From an uncultured delta proteobacterium (GTDB lineage Bacteria; Desulfobacterota; Binatia; Binatales; Binataceae): DNA of 64,000 nt. Positions 39,995 through 48,022 of this stretch are shown one piece after another (the stretch's first letter is position 1; each line of letters opens with the position of its first letter). The DNA lies in assembly GCA_963724765.1 (NCBI GenBank), contig CAVRVY010000002.1:1-64000 (forward strand). The letters are read 5' to 3'. The notes beneath the pieces are model-generated. The model ran no database searches. It had not been told where the DNA came from and was given only the letters and a program-made list of their open reading frames with translations. Position numbers and translations under genes: made by a program.

Positions 39995-41209
39995 TGTCGT
40001 CCGCAAAAACTCGACGACCCTCATGCAGCGCGAGCCAGGAGGCTGTACTCGTGATGAAGTCCGTTCAGGACGGGGTGCGCCACAACTCGGCTTGATCGGT
40101 CGAAACGATGTCTCTGGTGTTGCAAACGCACGCGGAAATTTAGGGGCGGATCGGGCAGGCCGGGCCCCAAAGAAGAGTGCGGTCGGCCTCGATTGTAGTG
40201 CGGTAGCCAAGACCGTAGAGCTTTTCGAAGATGCTCCTCGGTCAAGGGGATAATCCAATCCAGACACTCACGCCGGAGTGTCCCGATTAGTCTTTCGCAG
40301 AGCGAATTCGCCTGCGGGCTGCGTATGGGTGTTTGGATGACCTCAACGCCCGTGCGCGCTACCGAAGCATCGAATCCGGGGGAGAAGATCGCGTCGTGGT
40401 CATGAAGGATAAACCGGTATGTGTGGTCTGACGGAATTGCTTCACGCAGCTGTTGAAGGGTCCAGGCTGCGGTTGGATGGGCAGTCGCGTTGATGTGAAT
40501 AATTCGGCGTGAGGCATGTTCCATGACCACGAGCACGTAGAGAATTCGAAAAGTGGCGCTCGCTACGACGCAGAAGTCACAGGCGATGATGGCCTCGGCG
40601 TGATTCTTAAGAAAGGTTGACCAACGCTGATCGCGGCGAGGGTTGCCGGGCGGTGCGGCCGGCAACTTTGGCAGATACTTCCGGATCGTGCGCGGCGACA
40701 CGCGCAGGCCGAGTTTCAGCGACAACTCGTTCGCAATTCGTTCCTCGCCCCACGAGGGGTTCGCACGAGCCATCTTGCGGATCAGGCGTTGGAGCTCCGG
40801 CGGAATCCGCGGCCGGCCAGATTGGCATTTCCGACGCCAGAAAAGCTGGAAGCCCTTGCGGTGCCAACCGATGAAAGTTTTGGGTCTCACGACGGTCAAT
40901 GCGCTTTGCCAATTGAACCAGCGGCTGAGCCACAGGAGGGTCAAGCGTGTTGGATAAGAGATCCGGCGAGGCCTGATTCTGCGTTCCTTGTAGAACGCGA
41001 GCTGTTTTGCGCAGCAAGAGATTCTCGGCCGCGAGCGAGCTTTTAGATCGTAAAGTGATGATCAAAAAGCGGAACAAGTCGGCAAAGAGGTTCAGCCAAA
41101 GCAGGCAGGATCTCATCATGGACCGATGGTCCCTATTTTCGGTCTTCTCCTTCAAATTGGTAGCAACTTAGCGCATTTCCAGTCAGGCCGGTAGTTTTTG
41201 CGGAGCACA
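39995..41209 (-). mobile_element. Complete integrase-core (IS481/IS3-like) IS, 1215 bp; transposase 40021-41119 with a frameshift at an A4 run (41005-41008)
   Basis: Inverted repeats TGTCGTCCGCAAAAACT and TGTGCTCCGCAAAAACT; DDE motifs IACDF, LHDHD, SPQANSLCERLIGTLRRECLD; no target duplication. Confidence 0.85.
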
Positions 41210-41335
41210 GGTCTCGGTTTGACCAGCATGGAGGAGCGCGTCCGCATGGTGAACGGCAAATTTGCCATCCAGTCTCGGCCTGGAAGCGGGACCCTGGTCG
41301 AAGTTTATGTGCCCCTGGATGGGAACGTCGCATGA
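41210..41335 (+). pseudogene. C-terminal tip of a NarX/UhpB-type sensor histidine kinase
   Basis: GLGLTSMEERVRMVNGKFAIQSRPGSGTLVEVYVPL (G2 box); overlaps the regulator start (ATGA); cut by the IS. Confidence 0.8.
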
Positions 41336-41970
41336 AGCATTCGAGGATACTGCTGGCGGACGATCACGCCGTCGTGGTCGAAGGTTTGCGCAGAATCCTT
41401 GACCGTCCGGAATTCGAAGTGGTGGACGTTGCCGGCGACGGCTGGAGCCTGGTGCAGGCCGCCGCCCGCTTGCACCCCGATGTAATCGTCACCGACATCG
41501 CCATGCCGGGCCTGAACGGAATCGAGGCCGCCCGCAAAATTCACGAACAAGACCAGAAGCCGAAAATCATCTTTCTCACCATGCATCCCGAATCGGTATA
41601 CGCCACGGCGGCCCTTGCGGCCGGGGCCTCCGGCTATGTGCTGAAGAGCGCAGCCGGTGAGGAACTGATCGCTGCCATTCGCGACGCGCTCGAAGGGCGA
41701 ATCTATATTTCGAAACTGGTCGCGCAGTCGAAGGGGCACGTTCGTGAGGTTGCGGGCAAAGCGGGCGGCGCAATCGATGGGCTGACGAGCCGACAACGCG
41801 AAGTGCTCCAATTGCTGGCCAAAGGACTCCAGGCGAAGGAAATCGCCGCCACGCTGAACGTGTCGTCCAAGACCGTGGAGTTTCACAAGTACCGGATCAT
41901 GAACGCGCTCGGTCTGCGCACGGTCGCCGACCTGACCCGCTACGCGATCAAGAACGGAATCGTGGAATAA
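41332..41970 (+). CDS. NarL/FixJ-family response regulator (REC + LuxR HTH)
   Basis: ILLADDH, VTDIAMPGLNG, GYVLK, LTSRQREVLQLLAKG..KEIAATLNVSSKTVEFH. Confidence 0.93.
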   Translation: MKHSRILLADDHAVVVEGLRRILDRPEFEVVDVAGDGWSLVQAAARLHPDVIVTDIAMPGLNGIEAARKIHEQDQKPKIIFLTMHPESVYATAALAAGASGYVLKSAAGEELIAAIRDALEGRIYISKLVAQSKGHVREVAGKAGGAIDGLTSRQREVLQLLAKGLQAKEIAATLNVSSKTVEFHKYRIMNALGLRTVADLTRYAIKNGIVE

Positions 41971-42133
41971 CGGCGCTTGCGCCACTGCCTGGCGCGGTCT
42001 AACCGACGTCTCGCCGGAGTCTGGAATTCGGGCTAGGGATTTTACTAGTCAAATTTCGCATCCGCATCGCCTAAAATTTCTTCAGGTTTCCTATGACGTG
42101 GAACCGAGTCGGGAGGGGTGAGGGGTGGCCACA

Positions 42134-42376
42134 ATGGCGCGGAAAAAAGGCGTCAAACAAGAGCCGGCCGTCGGAGAGAATCCGTCGCCGACGGAGGACG
42201 AGATCCGCAAGCGTGCGTATGAAATTTATTGCGCCCGTAATGGCGGTCCCGGCAGCGAAACGGACGATTGGCTCAAGGCGCAAGCCGAGCTCAAGGAAAA
42301 GCGCGCGATCTTTGCCGAGGGAAAATCCGGACGCGGTAAGGTTCCCGCCAGCCGGGCCTCGCAGCGACCGCGATAA
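42134..42376 (+). CDS. DUF2934-domain protein
   Basis: EDEIRKRAYEIYCARNGGPGSETDDWLKAQAEL. Confidence 0.85.
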   Translation: MARKKGVKQEPAVGENPSPTEDEIRKRAYEIYCARNGGPGSETDDWLKAQAELKEKRAIFAEGKSGRGKVPASRASQRPR

Positions 42377-42401
42377 AAGCGATAAATAAAGAAGACCACC
42401 A

Positions 42402-42845
42402 GTGGCGAAGTTCTTCAGGAAGATATTGTGTCCGATCGATTTTGATCGCAACTCGCTCGCGGCGCTTGATTACGCGCGCGATCTCGCCAAGCAGCAGGAT
42501 GCCACCCTCCACGTCTTGCACGTGGTATTTATCCCGATGGTCAGTCCGGGTTTTCCCGGCGAACCATATCCGGTGGTTTCCGAAGAACCGAGCAAGCTCG
42601 AACTGCAGGAAATCGCGCGCGAGCATCTGGACGGCAAGGTGCGATACCAAATCGAGACCCGCAGCGGCAGACCGGCGGAAATCATCAACCAGGCGGCGGA
42701 AGACCTCGGCGTCGATCTGATTGTCATGGCCACGCACGGCAGAACGGGTGTCACACGTCTGGTTCTCGGAAGCGTGGCCGAGCACCTAGTCCGCGGCGCG
42801 CGCCGGCCGGTGCTCACAATTCGGCCGCAAGAGGGTTCGGCGTAG
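42402..42845 (+). CDS. Universal stress protein
   Basis: KILCPIDFDRNS..LHVV..GRPAEII..VDLIVMATHGRTG..LGSVAEHLVR..PVLTI. Confidence 0.93.
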   Translation: MAKFFRKILCPIDFDRNSLAALDYARDLAKQQDATLHVLHVVFIPMVSPGFPGEPYPVVSEEPSKLELQEIAREHLDGKVRYQIETRSGRPAEIINQAAEDLGVDLIVMATHGRTGVTRLVLGSVAEHLVRGARRPVLTIRPQEGSA

Positions 42846-43001
42846 AAACTCTCCCGGCGGGAATCATTGCTGTCGCGGCGATCCGGACCCTCCCCAACGC
42901 GCGCTCAGTCGACTCTCCAGCAGGCTGCGGAAAAACGGCGGGCATGCTTGACTGTCGTTCGGACGTAGAATAACCCGAAATGAACCGGCGCGAGTCTCGC
43001 A

Positions 43002-43346
43002 ATGCATGAGTTGGCGCTCGCCCGTGACCTGCTGGCCGCGATCGAACGAAAGCTCGATCGCGGCGACGCGCGGGTTGTGCGTGTCAGGGTGAGCGTCGGG
43101 GCGGCGGCCGGAGTCGTGCCGGAATCGTTGCGTTTCGCATTCCGTGCCGTCTGCGAGTGCACGCGCGTGGACGGCGCCGACCTCTCTATCGCCACGATCG
43201 CCGCTCGCAGCCGCTGCGCCGATTGTGGCATAGTTTTCGAGTTCGACGGTTTGATCGGCCGATGTCCCGGATGCGGACGGCTCGGCGGCGAGTTCCTGTC
43301 CGGCGACGACGTGATCCTGCGGGCAATCGAGGTGACCGATGTGTGA
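43002..43346 (+). CDS. hypA: Hydrogenase nickel metallochaperone HypA
   Basis: MHELALA, CADC..CPGC, SGDD. Confidence 0.95.
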   Translation: MHELALARDLLAAIERKLDRGDARVVRVRVSVGAAAGVVPESLRFAFRAVCECTRVDGADLSIATIAARSRCADCGIVFEFDGLIGRCPGCGRLGGEFLSGDDVILRAIEVTDV

Positions 43347-44043
43347 CACTTGCGGCTGTGGCGAGCCTGCCGTGCGGACCATCGATGTCAACGAGCGTCT
43401 GGTCGCATCGAGTGCGGCGCAGGCGGAACACAACCGCGCCCATCTCTCGCAACGCGCGATCCTTGCGGTCAACCTTATGGGCACGCCGGGCGCGGGAAAG
43501 ACCGCGCTGCTCGAGGCGGCGATCGCGAAATGGCGCGGCTCCCGGCGCATCGTGGTGATCGAGGGCGACCAGGCGACCGACCGCGACAGCGCGCGCATCC
43601 GTGCCGCCGGTGCGATCGCCCGCCAGGTGGAGACCGGTCTCGGCTGCCATCTCGATGCGCATCAGATCCACGACGCGCTGCATCATCTCGATCTCCGCGA
43701 CGGCGACCTGCTCTTCATCGAAAACGTGGGTAATCTGGTGTGCCCCGCGCTCTTCGATCTCGGCGAGCGGCTGCGCGTGGTGGTGACCAGTCCCGCCGAA
43801 GGCGCCGACAAGCCGCTCAAATATCCGCCGATGTTTCGCGCCGCGCATCTCGTGGTGCTGAACAAGTGCGATTTGCTTGCGCACGTGCCATTCGACCTCG
43901 ATGAATGGACCGGATACGTCCGTGCGATCAATCCGCACGCGCGGATTCTCAGGACCGCGGCGCTCCACGGAGAGGGTATCGGCGAATTGCTGATCGAAAT
44001 CGACAATGTGCGACAGTCGGTTTCCGCGGGCATTTCCGCATGA
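43339..44043 (+). CDS. hypB: Hydrogenase nickel insertion GTPase HypB
   Basis: MCDTCGC, GTPGAGKT, IEGDQ, GCHLDA, ENVGNLVCPA.FDLGE, DKPLKYP, NKCD. Confidence 0.95.
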   Translation: MCDTCGCGEPAVRTIDVNERLVASSAAQAEHNRAHLSQRAILAVNLMGTPGAGKTALLEAAIAKWRGSRRIVVIEGDQATDRDSARIRAAGAIARQVETGLGCHLDAHQIHDALHHLDLRDGDLLFIENVGNLVCPALFDLGERLRVVVTSPAEGADKPLKYPPMFRAAHLVVLNKCDLLAHVPFDLDEWTGYVRAINPHARILRTAALHGEGIGELLIEIDNVRQSVSAGISA

Positions 44044-45146
44044 GTGAATCGCTGCACCTGCCCAAGTCCGCGCTCGAGGATCTGATCGCGATTCTGTGGC
44101 GCGAAGGCTTCCGGGTCCTCGGTCCGGTCGCGCGCGACGGCGCGGTCGGATTCGACGAGGTGCGCAAAGTGTCGGACCTGGCAGTCGCGATGCGCGAGAC
44201 GCAGGAGCCCGGGCGCTACCGCCTCGACCAGGGCGCGGCCGAAGAAATTTTCGGAGTGGTGAACGGTGCCGGTTCGCTCAAGCCGTTTTTCTTCGCGCCC
44301 GAAGAAACGCTGCTTACCTTGAATCGCGAGCGCCGCGGTTTCAAGGTCAGCGAAGTGACTCCGGCGGCCCCGCGTCTGGCATTCATCGGCGTGCGCGCGT
44401 GCGACCTCGCCGCGCTGGCCATGCAGGATCGCATTTTTCTCCACGACCGCTTTCACGACACGCACTACCAGGCGCGGCGCAAGGACGCCCTTCTGGTCGC
44501 CGTCAACTGCACCCGTTCCGCGGCGACCTGCTTTTGCGCCTCGATGAAGACCGGCCCGGAGGCCAAAAAGGGGTTCGATCTTTCCCTGACCGAGCTGGAA
44601 CAAGGCTTCGTGATGCGAATCGGCTCGGCCGCCGGCGAAACCATCGCCGCGAAGCTCGGCTTAAGTCCCGCGCCGGACGATGAGGTCGCGACGGCAAAAT
44701 CCCGGATCGACGGATGCGCCGCCGGCATGCGTCGCAGCCTGGACACCGCGGACCTGCCCCGCCTGCTCTACGACGAAGCCGAGAACCCGCGCTGGAAGGA
44801 AGTCGCCGCGCGATGCCTTTCGTGCACGAACTGCACGATGGTTTGTCCGACCTGCTTTTGCCACACCGTCGTCGATCAGGAAGAGATAGACGGCAACATG
44901 ACCCAGCGAGTGCGCAAGTGGGACTCGTGCTTTTCGCTCGAGCACGCGCATATCCACGGAATCAATTTCCGTCCGAAGATCGAGAACCGCTACCGCCAAT
45001 GGCTCACCCACAAGCTGGCTTCCTGGATCGATCAGTTCGGCGCCTCGGGATGCGTGGGATGCGGTCGGTGCATCACCTGGTGCCCGGTGGGTATCGATCT
45101 GACCGAGGAAGTCGCGGCCATCCGCGCCCATCCGGTGAAGCGATGA
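44040..45146 (+). CDS. hyhB: Group 3b [NiFe]-hydrogenase Fe-S (beta) subunit
   Basis: GVRACD, NC....[48 protein letters not shown]. Confidence 0.9.
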   Translation: MSESLHLPKSALEDLIAILWREGFRVLGPVARDGAVGFDEVRKVSDLAVAMRETQEPGRYRLDQGAAEEIFGVVNGAGSLKPFFFAPEETLLTLNRERRGFKVSEVTPAAPRLAFIGVRACDLAALAMQDRIFLHDRFHDTHYQARRKDALLVAVNCTRSAATCFCASMKTGPEAKKGFDLSLTELEQGFVMRIGSAAGETIAAKLGLSPAPDDEVATAKSRIDGCAAGMRRSLDTADLPRLLYDEAENPRWKEVAARCLSCTNCTMVCPTCFCHTVVDQEEIDGNMTQRVRKWDSCFSLEHAHIHGINFRPKIENRYRQWLTHKLASWIDQFGASGCVGCGRCITWCPVGIDLTEEVAAIRAHPVKR

Positions 45147-45970
45147 CTCCCTACATGCTATATCCGGCGCGCATTACCGGGCGCCGCACGGAGACCGCGG
45201 GCATCCACACGTTCACCATGCGCTTCGTCGACCGTGAAGTGCGCAGTGCGTACCGCTTCAGGGCGGGGCAGTTCAACATGCTCTATACCTTCGGCGTGGG
45301 CGAGGTCCCGATTTCGATCGTTTCCGATCCCGACGATCCGGAAAACCTCGAACACACGATCCGGATTGCCGGGCGCGTCACCGGCGTGATGGGCGGATGG
45401 AAAGTCGGCGACGTGGTGGGAGTGCGCGGCCCGTACGGCAACGGATGGCCGGTCGAAGAGGCGCGCGGCCGCGATATCGTGATCATCACCGGCGGCCTGG
45501 GCTGTGCCCCGGTCGTCGGGCTCATCAACTACATCTTCCGCCGCCGCGACCAATACGGCGAGTTGCATATTCTGCACGGCGTGAAGACGCCGCACGATCT
45601 TCTGTACCGCGAGCGCTTCGACGAGTGGCGCCGCGCTCCGCGCACCAAGGTCTACCTCACGGCGGACCAGCCCGACAAAAGCTGGCATTACAAAATCGGC
45701 GTGGTGACGGAGCTTTTCGACGAACTCACCGTGCCTCCGTCATCGATGGTGATGATGTGCGGCCCGGAAGTGATGATGCGGTACGCGGCTCATTCGCTGC
45801 GCGACAAGGGCATCGGCGACGAAGCGATCTATCTTTCGATGGAACGGCGGATGGAGTGCGCGGTCGGGCTTTGCGGCCATTGCCAGTACCGCGAGCATTT
45901 CGTGTGCAAGGACGGGCCCATATTTTCCTTTCGCACGGTCCGCGAACTGTTCGGGATATCGAACATATGA
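45143..45970 (+). CDS. hyhG: Group 3b hydrogenase FAD/NAD(P)-binding (gamma) subunit
   Basis: [61 protein letters not shown]. Confidence 0.9.
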   Translation: MTPYMLYPARITGRRTETAGIHTFTMRFVDREVRSAYRFRAGQFNMLYTFGVGEVPISIVSDPDDPENLEHTIRIAGRVTGVMGGWKVGDVVGVRGPYGNGWPVEEARGRDIVIITGGLGCAPVVGLINYIFRRRDQYGELHILHGVKTPHDLLYRERFDEWRRAPRTKVYLTADQPDKSWHYKIGVVTELFDELTVPPSSMVMMCGPEVMMRYAAHSLRDKGIGDEAIYLSMERRMECAVGLCGHCQYREHFVCKDGPIFSFRTVRELFGISNI

Positions 45971-46743
45971 AAGCTCGCGTCGCAGTATTCAAGTTCGCCT
46001 CGTGCGACGGCTGCCAGTTGCAGTTCCTCAACGCCGAGGACGAGTTGTTGAAGCTCGCGGGCCAGGTGGATTTCGTTTATTTCCCCGAAGCGCGAAGCCG
46101 CATGCTCGAAGGCCCGTACGACATCGCCTTCGTCGAGGGCAGCATCACGACTCCAGACGACGCGCGCCGCATTGTCAGGGTGCGCGAGGAAAGCCGCTAT
46201 CTGGTGACCATCGGCGCCTGTGCGGCGGCGGGCGGAATCCAGGCGCTGCGCAATTGGGCCGATGTCGAGGCCTACAAACGCGTCGTCTACCCGAGCCCCG
46301 AGTTCATCTCGACGCTTTCGACTTCCACTCCTGTTTCCGAGCACGTTCGCGTCGACTTCGAACTGTGGGGCTGTCCCGTCGACAAGCATCAGCTGCTCGG
46401 CGTGGTGCGCTCGCTGTTGTCCGGGGCGCAGCCGACGGTGCCGGGGCACAGCGTGTGCATGGAGTGCAAGCGGCGCGGCAACGTATGTGTGGTGGTGGCG
46501 CGTGGTGAGCCGTGTTTGGGTCCCGTGACGCGCGCCGGATGCGGAGCGCTGTGCCCCGCGTTCAATCGCGGATGCTATGGATGCTTCGGGCCGGCCGACG
46601 ATCAGAACATGGAATCGTTCGCGCGATTGCTGGCCGGCCTGGGGATTACGGGCGACGACGCCGTGCGGCGTCTGCGCGGAATAAACGGTTACGTGCGGCC
46701 CTGGCGGGAGACCGCGGATGCCATCGCGGCGGGCAAAAAGTAG
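45967..46743 (+). CDS. hyhS: Group 3b hydrogenase small (delta) subunit
   Basis: KFASCDGCQL, VEGSITT, IGACA..GGIQALRN, GCP, SVCMECK, CLGPVT..GCGALCP...RGCYGCFG; no Tat signal. Confidence 0.9.
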   Translation: MKARVAVFKFASCDGCQLQFLNAEDELLKLAGQVDFVYFPEARSRMLEGPYDIAFVEGSITTPDDARRIVRVREESRYLVTIGACAAAGGIQALRNWADVEAYKRVVYPSPEFISTLSTSTPVSEHVRVDFELWGCPVDKHQLLGVVRSLLSGAQPTVPGHSVCMECKRRGNVCVVVARGEPCLGPVTRAGCGALCPAFNRGCYGCFGPADDQNMESFARLLAGLGITGDDAVRRLRGINGYVRPWRETADAIAAGKK

Positions 46744-48022
46744 AACCATCCAGATCAACTACCTGGCCCGCGCCGAGGGCGAGGGCGCCCTGCGCATCCA
46801 CCTGCGCGACGGCGAGTTGGTCGATCTGCGTCTCGAAATTTTCGAGGCGCCCCGGTTCTTCGAATCCTTTTTGCGCGGACGCGACTCGCGCGAGGCGCCG
46901 GACCTCACCGCGCGCATCTGCGGCATCTGCCCGGTCGCATATCAGATGAGCACGGTCCACGCTTTCGAGCGCCTGTACGGCATCGCGATCGATCCGGCCG
47001 TCCGCGAACTGCGCCGCCTCTATCTCTGCGGCGAATGGATCGAAAGCCACGCCCTGCACATTCATATGCTGGCGGCGCCGGACTTCCTCGGATGCGACAG
47101 CATCATCACGCTGGCCGACAAGGATCGCGCGGCGGTCGAGCGCGGCCTGAGAATCAAGAAAGCCGGCAACGCAATTATTGCGATGCTCGGCGGCCGATCG
47201 GTGCATCCGGTGGGCGCGTGTATCGGCGGCTTCACCCGAACCCCCGGGCGCGATCGGCTCGCCGATCTGCGCGAGCAGCTTCTCGGCGTTCGCGCCGACG
47301 CGGTCGAATGCGTGCGATGGGTTTCGCACTTCGACTTGCCCGCCGTTACCCGCGATATCGAATTCGTCTCCCTGCGGCATCCGCGTGAATATCCGATGAA
47401 CGAGGGGCGGATAACCTCCAGCAAGGGCATCGACGCGACGCCCGACGACTTCGACGATTTCTTCGAAGAGCATCAGGTGCCGTACTCGAACGCGCTGCAC
47501 TGCAAGGTCAAAGGCCGCGGGCCCTATTTCCTCGGGCCGCTTGCGCGCGTGAACCTGAATTTCGACCGGATGGGCCCGGAAGTAACCTCAGTCGCGCGCG
47601 AGACCGGAATCGCCTGGCCCAATTCAAACCCCTACACGAGCATCGTCGCCCGCGCCCTTGAAGTTTTGTACGCGATCGACGAGGCGGTCAGAGTGATCGA
47701 CGCTTACCAACCGCCGCCGGCGCCGGCCGCGTCGTTCCAACCGCGTTCCGGTGTCGGCCGCGCGATTACCGAGGCGCCGCGCGGCTCGCTGTACCACGCG
47801 TTCGAGACCGACCATCGCGGTCTCATACACTCTGCGCGAATCGTGCCGCCGACGTCGCAAAACCAGGCGCGAATCGAAACCGACCTGCGCGAGATGGTTC
47901 CGGACATCGTTCAGCGCAGCCAGGCCGAGGCCACGCACATGTGCGAAATGGCGATTCGCAACTACGATCCGTGCATTTCGTGTTCGACGCACTTTTTGAA
48001 GCTCGAGATCGAACGGCATTGA
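46718..48022 (+). CDS. hyhL: Group 3b [NiFe]-hydrogenase large (alpha) subunit
   Basis: RAEGEG, L1 RICGICPVAY, EAPRG.L.H, VPPTSQN, L2 YDPCISCSTH plus a cleavable tail FLKLEIERH. Confidence 0.95.
   Translation: MPSRRAKSRTIQINYLARAEGEGALRIHLRDGELVDLRLEIFEAPRFFESFLRGRDSREAPDLTARICGICPVAYQMSTVHAFERLYGIAIDPAVRELRRLYLCGEWIESHALHIHMLAAPDFLGCDSIITLADKDRAAVERGLRIKKAGNAIIAMLGGRSVHPVGACIGGFTRTPGRDRLADLREQLLGVRADAVECVRWVSHFDLPAVTRDIEFVSLRHPREYPMNEGRITSSKGIDATPDDFDDFFEEHQVPYSNALHCKVKGRGPYFLGPLARVNLNFDRMGPEVTSVARETGIAWPNSNPYTSIVARALEVLYAIDEAVRVIDAYQPPPAPAASFQPRSGVGRAITEAPRGSLYHAFETDHRGLIHSARIVPPTSQNQARIETDLREMVPDIVQRSQAEATHMCEMAIRNYDPCISCSTHFLKLEIERH

Noticed and set aside
22338-41119. Explaining all frameshifts as sequencing error or programmed frameshifting
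   Set aside because: Some lie in short homopolymers (26331, 30041, 41005), so error cannot be excluded. However, about 20 kb of metabolic and core genes show none, which favours real decay. No convincing slippery heptamer plus stimulator was seen.
42948-42971. TTGACT..TAGAAT sigma-70 promoter before hypA
   Set aside because: The spacer is only 12 bp.
46718-48022. [NiFeSe] hydrogenase or selenocysteine recoding
   Set aside because: L1 and L2 motifs use Cys codons; there is no in-frame TGA.
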